This document shows positions 30,326-38,437 of a stretch of 64,000 nt of DNA, piece by piece (position 1 is the stretch's first letter; each line of letters begins with the position of its first letter). Source of the DNA: a virus; IMG/VR virus record IMGVR_UViG_3300047388_000107, positions 1-64,000 of that record; one strand, given 5' to 3'. Under the pieces are notes generated by a model. That model searched no databases. It was not told where the DNA came from and was given only the letters and a program-made list of their open reading frames with translations. The position numbers and the translations under genes were made by a program.

Positions 30326-30720
30326 TGATAGTCTTTCCGCCGCCACCGCCTATTGCCGAGAACGATCCAATATTCAACCGGTGGCTTCATGACATGTTTC
30401 AGTACATTTCGGTTAATATTGGCGGCATCGCCAAGAATGCACAGGACATCGCCATCAATGCAGCGAACATCGCTGCCAATACTTCCAACATCGCAGCGAA
30501 CGCAGCTAACATCGCAACGAACACCACCAACATCGCCACCAATACGTCAGCTATCGCAACTCATAGTGGCCAAATTGCTGCGTTGTCTGCGCGCTCGCAA
30601 GTCTTTTACGGGACCGCTGCTCCTGCTGCGGGACTTGGTGTCAACGGTGACTGGTACTCCGACACAGCAGCCAAACACATCTACGTCAAGTCAGGCGGGG
30701 CGTGGACGCTAATTGTTTAA
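30325..30720 (+). CDS. Tail needle-like trimeric coiled-coil protein (P22 gp26 analogue)
   Basis: NIAANTS/NIAANAA/NIATNTT heptads right after gp10-like gene. Confidence 0.6.
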   Translation: MIVFPPPPPIAENDPIFNRWLHDMFQYISVNIGGIAKNAQDIAINAANIAANTSNIAANAANIATNTTNIATNTSAIATHSGQIAALSARSQVFYGTAAPAAGLGVNGDWYSDTAAKHIYVKSGGAWTLIV

Positions 30721-31084
30721 GCGACCACGGCCAGACATAAGTGTTAACGATGTTCTGAAATTCGATCAACGACCGGGCCACTTCATAAAAATTGCCGCAA
30801 GCTTCCCATTGCTTTTGAAAACGCTTCTGTGCATCCGACTGTCTGCCGCCTTCGTCTTTCATTTCAATGGCAATATTGCGACCGGGAGTGAACATCAGAA
30901 AGTCCGCCACGCCGGGCACGACGCCCATGCGCTTCAGCTTCATTGCGACAACAACATCGCGAGGCTCGCCGCTGGGAACGTGGAAGATCAGCAAGTCCGG
31001 ATAAGTTTTCTTTACCCATTGCCACGCTCTCATATGCACTTCCTTTTCTGAAATTTTTCGTGGTTTCTCTACTGCCACGGCCAT
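30686..31084 (-). CDS. VRR-NUC nuclease / Holliday junction resolvase
   Basis: FHVP.G...LK.MGV.PGVAD...IEMK..GGRQS..QK. Confidence 0.88.
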   Translation of the reverse strand: MAVAVEKPRKISEKEVHMRAWQWVKKTYPDLLIFHVPSGEPRDVVVAMKLKRMGVVPGVADFLMFTPGRNIAIEMKDEGGRQSDAQKRFQKQWEACGNFYEVARSLIEFQNIVNTYVWPWSLKQLASTPRLT

Positions 31085-31503
31085 GCTTTTTTTGCTAGCC
31101 CTTGGCGTGCTAGCTGGTTTGTGTGTGTGGGCCACTCGTGTTTTGCGATGTTCCACCATGTTGATACTATCTCTACATTCCCTTTAATGTATCCAAGACC
31201 GGGTGTGATTTGGTCGATGGACGGTGACCACGGATTTTTACGCAAACCTTTTGGTGGCGGTCCAAAGTCAAACGGCACGTTAGTATATGGACAACTACCT
31301 GAAAGAAACGGAGTGATATCGCTTTCATCTATTTCAAATCGTAGTTGATATCTTTTTGCTCTACTTCTAGCGCTGTACAGCATGGATTTAGCGCGCCCTT
31401 GTAGAGTACCGTAGTATGCGCGTAATCTTTCTTTGCTGTAGTGAGGGTTCCTAGCTCTCCATGCTTTTTGAGCTTCAGAGTAGTACCTACTTTGATAGTT
31501 CAT
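31069..31503 (-). CDS. HNH-like homing endonuclease
   Basis: ARSRAK...CPYT..PF...SPSIDQI.P..GY..GNV.IVS...N..K; AT-rich. Confidence 0.8.
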   Translation of the reverse strand: MNYQSRYYSEAQKAWRARNPHYSKERLRAYYGTLQGRAKSMLYSARSRAKRYQLRFEIDESDITPFLSGSCPYTNVPFDFGPPPKGLRKNPWSPSIDQITPGLGYIKGNVEIVSTWWNIAKHEWPTHTNQLARQGLAKKAWPWQ

Positions 31504-31513
31504 TAGCTTCTTC

Positions 31514-31720
31514 TCAGAAATTTGGAGGGAACAACCCTTGAGATATGGCTTCTTTCTCGCGAGCTTTGATCCACGCTTCAACGGCGTTTTTAACGCCCTC
31601 AGCACGGTCCTCAACGGCGTCGTGATTTCTTATCAACCAGTCAAATCTCGCGGCCATGATCGGACTGATCCTGCCAGAGACGACAACGGTTTGGTTGCCT
31701 CTGATCCTATGTTTGGTCAT
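31514..31720 (-). CDS. Ribbon-helix-helix-like DNA-binding protein
   Basis: VVVSGRIS...FD.L......RAE.V..AV..WI. Confidence 0.55.
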   Translation of the reverse strand: MTKHRIRGNQTVVVSGRISPIMAARFDWLIRNHDAVEDRAEGVKNAVEAWIKAREKEAISQGLFPPNF

Positions 31721-31747
31721 GGGGGATGTCTTCTGCTATGATCTTCC

Positions 31748-31776
31748 AAGATAGTGTATACAATACGGGAAGTCAA
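31748..31776 (-). promoter_or_regulatory. Sigma70-like promoter TTGACT-N17-TATCTT with TTGTATACAC in spacer
   Basis: Read directly; faces 31514-31720. Confidence 0.5.
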
Positions 31777-31778
31777 TC

Positions 31779-32471
31779 ATGGCAGACAGTATTGGCGCTG
31801 GCATCAGTACCGCAATTGGTTCTGGCCTAGGCTCGTTGTTCGGCGGGCTTTCCAGTCTTGCTTCAACACAAGCTGGCATCAGCGCTGTCGGTCAGCTGAC
31901 GGATACCGGTGCGGCTCAGATCGCGCCGTACAATTTCACCGGAGCAAATTATCTTGCACCGATAGGTTCGGAATTGTTGGGTAGCGCACCGGGCTCCAGT
32001 CAGATTGGACAGGGACGTATCGATCAAGCTGGCAATCCGCTCGACTTCGAAGACTTCGCCAAGAATTACAATACCAGTGAAGGCGCGCAGTACTTGATGA
32101 ACACCGCCGCACAGGCGCAGGACAGCACGGCTGCGGCCAAAGGCGGTCTTCTGTCAGGTGCTAATCTGCGCGCTCAAACCGGTATCACGGAAGGCATCGC
32201 CAATCAGGATTTGAATGCGCAATACGAAGCCATGCTGAAAGGTCAACAGCAAGACTTTCAGCAACGCGAGACGAGCTATCAGAACCTCTACGGACAAGAA
32301 GCAATGGGTCTGCAGGCTGGCATCGCTGAAGCAGGCACCTACGCTCAAGGTGCTCGCGCGATTGGTAGTCTGTACTCTTCTCAAGCTCAAGCTGCCGGTC
32401 AAGCTGGCACTGGATTTGGCCAAGCGCTAGGCAGTCTGTTTGGTGCTATCGGCAGTAAAATATTTGGCTAG
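31779..32471 (+). CDS. DNA transfer/ejection protein (P22 gp7-like)
   Basis: S.G.QY......A...TAAAKGGLLSGA.L.A motif; Gly-rich hydrophobic termini. Confidence 0.8.
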   Translation: MADSIGAGISTAIGSGLGSLFGGLSSLASTQAGISAVGQLTDTGAAQIAPYNFTGANYLAPIGSELLGSAPGSSQIGQGRIDQAGNPLDFEDFAKNYNTSEGAQYLMNTAAQAQDSTAAAKGGLLSGANLRAQTGITEGIANQDLNAQYEAMLKGQQQDFQQRETSYQNLYGQEAMGLQAGIAEAGTYAQGARAIGSLYSSQAQAAGQAGTGFGQALGSLFGAIGSKIFG

Positions 32472-32695
32472 ATGCGCCGTTTTTTCAATTCTTTTTCCAC
32501 TGCCAATCGCATGAAGTCACCTTGGTATTCACCTTGGTAGAGAGCTTGATTGACACGCTTCAAAAAACCTTTGGGCATACGCACAATCGTTTTGTCTGGA
32601 TACATGAGCGGACGCCCGTTGGGGCGTTTTACAACTTTTTTTCTTCTCTTGATCGACTTGGCAGGCTTGGTGTCAGTGTTAATCCAGTTTTCCAT
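32468..32695 (-). CDS. Arc/RHH-like DNA-binding protein
   Basis: GRP..Y...VR.......GE...DF.RLAV.KEL; homologue at 54250-54435. Confidence 0.65.
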   Translation of the reverse strand: MENWINTDTKPAKSIKRRKKVVKRPNGRPLMYPDKTIVRMPKGFLKRVNQALYQGEYQGDFMRLAVEKELKKRRI

Positions 32696-32706
32696 TTCTT
32701 ACTTCC

Positions 32707-34602
32707 TCATTTTCGCATTCTCTGACCTGAATATCCTTCTGCATCTAACGGCAGTCCTTCTGTCCAAGACCGTGGCCGCCGCATGATCGCGCGCATCTGT
32801 TCTTCGCGTTGCTGGGCAATCTCCACCGGAGCTAAAGCAATAATACTATCGTAAACGTCTAGCAAGAGGGTTACGTCCGGCATTTCCCGCTCGATATCGT
32901 CTTCGCAAGCGGTAATGATATCCCGCGTCATGGCTTGGCAAGAAATTTCCAGCAAGCTGCCACCAAAGACTCTCTGCGGCAGCATCGCGCCGAATTTCGC
33001 GCGCCAGAACCCCATGTTGCCTTCCGGACTGACAAAGCAGGAGTAATGTGGGATGGCGCGACCGCTTGGCAGCTGCATCCAGATGGTAGTGCCGTCTTTA
33101 ATCAGCGCAATCTTGCCAGCATGGAAAACCCGCCCTGCCGGTTCGTAGTAGCAGCTGTCAAATGCTGTCTTCAGATCGCGCCAAAGACGAACCATCAACG
33201 GGTTGGCATTGCGATAACCGTTGATGTCGTCTTGTGCTTTTTGTTCACTCATAGCCATACCTTTTAAACGCATCTGCGCCTTGTAGGTTTTCCAGCCCAA
33301 CTGGTAGTTACTACCAAGCGTTATGGTTTTTCCGTTCTGCCGTTCTCTGTCATGGGTGTCTTTGGTAGCTGCTGGAGGAAGTCCCCACATTCTGATAGCA
33401 TTGTGCATGTAAAGGTCACCACCATCGGCCAGTAGTTGTAGACGGTCACCGTCTTTTGCCTGCCACAAGGCCAGTCGCAATTCTGCATTGGACAAATCAT
33501 TATCAATAAGGACATAACCGGGCGGTGCAACGATGCACCCTCTTAGCGCATCTGTAAGCGCGAGGTTATCGTAACTATACCCGGCTTTCAGACCGGCTAT
33601 CACTTCTTCAACATCGTACTTGTTGGATGGTCGCGCGATGTTGAAGACGTTCACGCCCTCAGAAGTACCGCGCCCGGAGCGTGCGCCGTAGTAGCGCGTT
33701 GCGTCTTTGAAAAACCCGTTGACATGCCGGTCCAGCAGCGCTTGCGCTTTCATCGGAGCGTTGCCGCCATTGATCTGCAAAATTTCAAGCACGGTTCGGA
33801 CATCCGGATGAAGTTCTGGATTTTCCAGAGCTTCTGCAACTTGGTGCTTCTGAGTACCTAACAGATTAGCTGCACGGTTACCGCTGTTCGACCAATCCAG
33901 AATGCGGGCACGCTGGGAGATGGCTGTTACGATGCCACCAGTCACTTCGCGCAACTGGATGGACGCTTCTGCTTCAATCGCGGCACGGCGCATGGCAATG
34001 GCGGTCGCCAGTTCGATATCAATCGGCAATCCAACATCGTTCTTGCGCCATGACCGTTCGAATATGACACGCTCGCTGGCGTCCAGTTCTGGCAGCAGAT
34101 TGTGAACTTGCATCAGGCAGCGGACATCCTGAACGTTGTACTCAAGAAGTTCACGGAACGTTTCAATACTCTCATGGAACTTGCCATTGCGCGGTCGGCA
34201 CGTCTTCATCACCAGCGCTCGGCCCCGCTTGTCCTTGCCGGGGATGTTCAGCGTCACGCACAGCTGGTCCAGCCCGCCCGGCAGCGACAGCGACTGCGCG
34301 CGCGCCATGGTGCAGGAGACTTTTGAAACCGGGAGGTTCAGAAAAGGGTTCTGGCCTTTGAGTACGTTGACATCGAAGCCAGCGTGGTGGGCGACGATCC
34401 TGTCGCATGCAAAAAGATCAGCATAAAGTTGTGAAATTGAGTGGGCTCCAACTTCTGGATGAATGGGACAGGCTGTTTTCATGGTACCGTTAAAATACCA
34501 GACGGCGGTGGTGATCTGGGTCGTAGGATCGACAGCATATCTTCTCGCGCCGACGATACGAAGATCCGCGCGAGACCGGGTTTCCAGATCGACAAACAGC
34601 AT
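32707..34602 (-). CDS. Family A DNA polymerase with 3'-5' exonuclease
   Basis: DLET / H.AGFD / YNVQDV exo motifs; DLSNAELR (A), RQNGKTITLGSNY (B), VYDS (C); start re-assigned to MLFVD. Confidence 0.93.
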   Translation of the reverse strand: MLFVDLETRSRADLRIVGARRYAVDPTTQITTAVWYFNGTMKTACPIHPEVGAHSISQLYADLFACDRIVAHHAGFDVNVLKGQNPFLNLPVSKVSCTMARAQSLSLPGGLDQLCVTLNIPGKDKRGRALVMKTCRPRNGKFHESIETFRELLEYNVQDVRCLMQVHNLLPELDASERVIFERSWRKNDVGLPIDIELATAIAMRRAAIEAEASIQLREVTGGIVTAISQRARILDWSNSGNRAANLLGTQKHQVAEALENPELHPDVRTVLEILQINGGNAPMKAQALLDRHVNGFFKDATRYYGARSGRGTSEGVNVFNIARPSNKYDVEEVIAGLKAGYSYDNLALTDALRGCIVAPPGYVLIDNDLSNAELRLALWQAKDGDRLQLLADGGDLYMHNAIRMWGLPPAATKDTHDRERQNGKTITLGSNYQLGWKTYKAQMRLKGMAMSEQKAQDDINGYRNANPLMVRLWRDLKTAFDSCYYEPAGRVFHAGKIALIKDGTTIWMQLPSGRAIPHYSCFVSPEGNMGFWRAKFGAMLPQRVFGGSLLEISCQAMTRDIITACEDDIEREMPDVTLLLDVYDSIIALAPVEIAQQREEQMRAIMRRPRSWTEGLPLDAEGYSGQRMRK

Positions 34603-34620
34603 TTTCAACCTCGAACTCTT

Positions 34621-34657
34621 CAAAACAAACCCCGGAGTGGGATGAGCACTCCGGGGT
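34621..34657 (-). terminator. Rho-independent terminator between SSB and polymerase
   Basis: 11-bp stem ACCCCGGAGTG/CACTCCGGGGT followed by TTGTTTTG on minus strand. Confidence 0.75.
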
Positions 34658-34696
34658 CCGGCTCCTCTCACAGAGCCTTCCCTGCAACGCCAGTTC

Positions 34697-35476
34697 TCAA
34701 GAGCGCTGCGGGAAGCCGGTGGGCGGGGTAAACGCGCCCGGAGTACCAAAGCCCTGCTGAGCTGGCGGGCTCACAGGCGACGGCGCCAGCCCCTGCTGGC
34801 CCCAGTTAAGAGGAGGTGCCGTAGCCAGAATTGGCAGAGGCTCAGTGCCGAAACCATGCTGCGGTACGCCGCTGCCTCCAAAGCCGGTCACGTTCATTCC
34901 AGCGGCTCGCGCCTGCTCCATCAGTTCATTGGCGCTGGTAGCGTTGCCCATAATGATCTCTTCGCCGCTACCCATGAAGATGACCTTGTTGATGTACGTT
35001 TTGATGCCGCGCGGATCGTTTGCTTTGACAGCAATGGAAGTGGTGATGGACACGTAATCACCACTTTTGACTTCACCGCGAGCATGCGACGGCAACGATA
35101 CCGGAACGCCACCACGATTGATAAACACTTCGATAGGAGAAGTGGACGAACCGTTCAAAATCCAGCTGCCTTTGCGCCATTCAGCTGCTGCTCTGCCAAG
35201 TTCGTCAACGTCACCGTCCTTGATTGGCCAGATAACTTGCTGAAACGGAATATGCGTAAGTGCTGCGTTATAAAGTTCGGTGCAAGACTGCGCGAATTTT
35301 TCGAGAGCCGGTTCTTCGTGCCAAGCTGCACGGGTTTTCTTGATAAGGACGGTGACGAGATAATTCGGTTTGTCTATTTTCTTGCCTTGGTATTCAGTGG
35401 ATGGGTCCCAAAGATTACGCAAACCAGCAATGCGCGCATCGTAGATCGCAGACTGTTTGTAAATTCGTTGTGCCAT
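34697..35476 (-). CDS. ssDNA-binding protein (DUF2815 / gp2.5-like)
   Basis: LW.P......Y.V..LI.K, WPIKDGD, GDYV...GI..Y.N.V.F...GE; lies between exonuclease and polymerase. Confidence 0.8.
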   Translation of the reverse strand: MAQRIYKQSAIYDARIAGLRNLWDPSTEYQGKKIDKPNYLVTVLIKKTRAAWHEEPALEKFAQSCTELYNAALTHIPFQQVIWPIKDGDVDELGRAAAEWRKGSWILNGSSTSPIEVFINRGGVPVSLPSHARGEVKSGDYVSITTSIAVKANDPRGIKTYINKVIFMGSGEEIIMGNATSANELMEQARAAGMNVTGFGGSGVPQHGFGTEPLPILATAPPLNWGQQGLAPSPVSPPAQQGFGTPGAFTPPTGFPQRS

Positions 35477-35492
35477 GAAAGTTCTCCATTTG

Positions 35493-35524
35493 AGAGTTCG
35501 AGGGTTCGAGGGTTCGAAGGTTCG
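35493..35524. repeat. Four tandem 8-bp units (GTTCG core) in SSB leader
   Basis: GTTCG at 35496, 35504, 35512, 35520. Confidence 0.85.
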
Positions 35525-35534
35525 TAACGATAGC

Positions 35535-35563
35535 ATCATCGGATAGTGTAGTTCGATTGTCAA
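35535..35563 (-). promoter_or_regulatory. Sigma70-like promoter TTGACA-N17-GATGAT upstream of SSB
   Basis: Perfect -35, 17-bp spacer. Confidence 0.6.
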
Positions 35564-35620
35564 GCCTATTAGCTTTCAGTAAAATTTTTTCCTAGAAATT
35601 TTTCAGATAGCTTTCCTACA

Positions 35621-36646
35621 TCAGTATCTCGCTTTGAGTTCGCTTTCAGGTTTATGAGATGCCAATTCAGCATATTGCGCGGCTTCGTTCGATAGTTTCT
35701 TGGCAGCAGCTGGCGTGACCGGCTTGACCCCTTTGGCACCGGCCAGCTTCCACAGCGTTTCAGCGGCTTGACGATCATCGTTCCACGCGGCCCATTTTAC
35801 CGATGGCTTGAGTTCAGCACCGTCAACAACTGCGCCGTTCTTGAGGCGACTGGTCAGTTCGGTTTCCAGCAAATCCTTCATGTCGGAAACGCCTCTGATA
35901 ATTCGCAGCATTCGTACCAGTTCAGCTGGCAGCAGGATCGACGGATCGCGCGAAATCGCACCCATCAGAAAGTTGGCATCCTGCGACATCGCCGGGCATT
36001 TCGAAAACGCTGAGCACCAGCGGCAATGCGGGCCGGGAATAGGTGGTCCGCTGTAGGCAATAGCGTTCTCGACCAGACGGAGGTGGTTCTCGACTTCGGC
36101 GCGCGTATGAAGGTACTGCTTGAAACCATCCTGCTGTTCAGGATTGATCTTGTTCATCCACGAGTTGGGCTGGAAGATCACCAGCCTGAACCATTGCGCA
36201 TTCGGATGGTCTTCCAGAAATGTCGCGGCGTAGGTCAGCATCTGCTTGTTGTCTTTGGCTTCGACGTCCCAGCCGCCGTTTTTGTAATCCAGCACCGTAA
36301 TGATTTCCGGTCCGGTATGACCAACATCCAGATGGCCCCAGCAGCCTTTCATCAGCCAGACGCGCTGCTCGATCAGCACATGGCCAGCTCCCAGCTGGGC
36401 GACGAAATCGCGGATGTACTTTACGATCTCGCTGTCAGGCATGTTCTTGGGCGGCGGCAGCCACGGTGGCGGCGGCGTCGGTATTTCGCCTGTACGCAAC
36501 GCCTTCTCGACTACGGCATGAACGCGCGAACCCTCGATAGCTGCAGGGTTTGGCCGTTGCGGCAAGCCTTGCGACAGTCTGGCAGAAGGCGGACATGCCA
36601 TCCAGCGTGCGGCGGAAGACGGTGCGTAGACGGCGTGTTCAGTCAT
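35621..36646 (-). CDS. DUF2800 / Cas4-like PD-(D/E)XK exonuclease
   Basis: HA...PSSA.RW..CP.S, EG...H, EQRV, G..D, D.K.G, NKQM..YA, HCRWC....CPA. Confidence 0.9.
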   Translation of the reverse strand: MTEHAVYAPSSAARWMACPPSARLSQGLPQRPNPAAIEGSRVHAVVEKALRTGEIPTPPPPWLPPPKNMPDSEIVKYIRDFVAQLGAGHVLIEQRVWLMKGCWGHLDVGHTGPEIITVLDYKNGGWDVEAKDNKQMLTYAATFLEDHPNAQWFRLVIFQPNSWMNKINPEQQDGFKQYLHTRAEVENHLRLVENAIAYSGPPIPGPHCRWCSAFSKCPAMSQDANFLMGAISRDPSILLPAELVRMLRIIRGVSDMKDLLETELTSRLKNGAVVDGAELKPSVKWAAWNDDRQAAETLWKLAGAKGVKPVTPAAAKKLSNEAAQYAELASHKPESELKARY

Positions 36647-37041
36647 TTGACTACTTTCAACGGTGTAATTTGTGCTGCGATAAATTCCGGATGTTTGGTT
36701 TTCATGTGCCGTTCCATCTGGCTCACGGTACGATTGCAACAAGGGCAAGTGCCAGCTGCCGCGCGTTTTTTCAAACGCTTGGTTTCTTTTTGTGCTCGCA
36801 GCGCTTCACGTCGTGCTTCTGCTGTTTCTTGTTCAGCCCGTGCCAGTTGCTGACGTGCAATGTCGCGTTCGCGGCGCATTTTTTCTTCATCACTTTCGTC
36901 AGGAACATGTTGCCGGTGTCCGTTAGGGCAATAGAACGAAGCATGCGTCTTTTGTTTTCCTTTGTACCACCAATCTGGCACTGCAAAAGCGATGCCGCAG
37001 TCATCATAACAGCAAGTGATGACAATATCAGACACGATCAT
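36643..37041 (-). CDS. Zinc-finger / coiled-coil protein
   Basis: C..CG, FYCPNGH, CPCCNR......RH...KH. Confidence 0.8.
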   Translation of the reverse strand: MIVSDIVITCCYDDCGIAFAVPDWWYKGKQKTHASFYCPNGHRQHVPDESDEEKMRRERDIARQQLARAEQETAEARREALRAQKETKRLKKRAAAGTCPCCNRTVSQMERHMKTKHPEFIAAQITPLKVVK

Positions 37042-37553
37042 TGCTTTGCTTTAGCTCGTTTGGGTTTAGGCGGTGGAGCTGTGTAGTCATCTAGCTGCTG
37101 TTGCATTTTAAGTAGCAGCTTTTCAATTTCTTCAGGGGTTGTCCATGGATCGATAGGCAAGCTTGCAAAAAGCTTGACCTTAGCGAACCCATGTTGAGCA
37201 CGATTACGGCATGTCTTGCGGTCAGGAGCGCGAACCAGAATTGGAAATCTAAATCTCATCCCGTTGGATAGCTTGACTTCTCCACCCTGTACCCATGCCG
37301 GTTCCTGCTTGGTTTTCAGTGTAAAAAGGTTCAGTCCATCTTTGATATGCTGGCATTCAATAACGAGACCGTAGCCTCCTGTTTCTACTTTTTCACGCAG
37401 CTTTCGGATACACCGGTCCCACTGCAATGCAATGCGAGCCAGTTGCCAGTTGTATTTCGGGCCTTCTTCAAGAGCCTTCTTAATTTTTTTAACGTTGCTC
37501 TTTATGCGTTCGTCTTCACCGGGTGGCAGGGGACTTCTGCTCCATTCGCTCAT
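37038..37553 (-). CDS. Hypothetical protein, possible winged HTH
   Basis: GGAGG RBS; L..GP.....LA......R.I..LRE. Confidence 0.65.
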   Translation of the reverse strand: MSEWSRSPLPPGEDERIKSNVKKIKKALEEGPKYNWQLARIALQWDRCIRKLREKVETGGYGLVIECQHIKDGLNLFTLKTKQEPAWVQGGEVKLSNGMRFRFPILVRAPDRKTCRNRAQHGFAKVKLFASLPIDPWTTPEEIEKLLLKMQQQLDDYTAPPPKPKRAKAKQ

Positions 37554-37644
37554 GACAGTCCTCCAATTGGTAGCCGGGATCGGTTGCCGCCGATCCCGGC
37601 CCGCAAACAGCTGTGAAAGCATAAACAGCTATTTACGTTTTGCG

Positions 37645-38097
37645 TCATCCCAACGAGATACCCAGCTGCGGAGCGATCTGCTCCAGTTGCGCCTTGCTCA
37701 TGCGCGGAATGAAAACTTGCTTCAACTGCTCTACCGTAGCGTCTTTAGCATCCGGTCCAATCTGCTGGCGAAACCACGTTACGATGGCTTCTGCCGGTTG
37801 CCCGCTCGAAATAGCACCGTCAATACGGGCCAAGATGGCGGCAACCAGCGGATGGGCGGGAGGAGGAGTAGGTCCGTTGGCACCGGGAAAACCGGAAGCC
37901 TGCTGAGCCTGCGGAGGGGCGAAGCTCTGTGCCGGGAGCGGAGTAGCGGCAGCGATGCCAGCATTCATCTGCGCTACCTTTTCAGTAACCTCCTCCACCG
38001 TCGGTGCATCTTCTTCCTTCCTGCCGCGCGTTCGCTTGCCGCTAGTACGAAAAATTTCCATCTCTTCCCACGTGTCAAATTCAACTGTGATTTTCAT
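37645..38097 (-). CDS. Hypothetical protein
   Basis: 150 aa, TAATG coupling. Confidence 0.8.
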   Translation of the reverse strand: MKITVEFDTWEEMEIFRTSGKRTRGRKEEDAPTVEEVTEKVAQMNAGIAAATPLPAQSFAPPQAQQASGFPGANGPTPPPAHPLVAAILARIDGAISSGQPAEAIVTWFRQQIGPDAKDATVEQLKQVFIPRMSKAQLEQIAPQLGISLG

Positions 38098-38294
38098 TAT
38101 GACTGCTCCCGGCCCCTGATTAAACGTCGTACCAGCGAACGGGCCTTAAACTCGCTCCGACGATCTGATGTTGTGACACTGCAAACGATGGTAGGAAGAC
38201 CGTTTGCCTTGATCTTGAAATGCTTATTGCGTTCGATCCGGTACTCGATACCGGCGCGGTCCAGTTCTTCAGTGGTGACACTGAGGGTCGTCAT
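38097..38294 (-). CDS. HicA-like small protein
   Basis: L...G......KH.KI......IV.S.T.SD.R......VRR. Confidence 0.5.
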   Translation of the reverse strand: MTTLSVTTEELDRAGIEYRIERNKHFKIKANGLPTIVCSVTTSDRRSEFKARSLVRRLIRGREQS

Positions 38295-38365
38295 GTCTGA
38301 TGAACCTTTCTGGCTTTGTCGTACCAGCCTTTTACCATCATGCGCCCGTTCGCTGACTTGCGCAT
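38291..38365 (-). pseudogene. Diverged duplicate of helicase C-terminus (24-codon mini-ORF)
   Basis: MRKSANGRMMVKGWYDKARKVHQT vs helicase end LRKSANGRITVKGWYDADGRIHQI. Confidence 0.8.
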
Positions 38366-38437
38366 TTTACGCATCTGTTTCGACTGCGATATCGTAAAGT
38401 ATTACGACAACGCCAACACGGATCACCGTTAAATGTT

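Noticed and set aside
34603-34749. N-terminal extension of the polymerase in the ORF track
   Set aside because: Overlaps the SSB end and a terminator; ExoI motif begins right after ATG 34602.
37432-38397. 321-aa plus-strand ORF, and similar long antisense ORFs (2444-3328, 36026-36853, 41122-42153, 54886-56031, 61195-62163)
   Set aside because: Shadow frames opposite well-supported genes in GC-rich DNA; no motifs.
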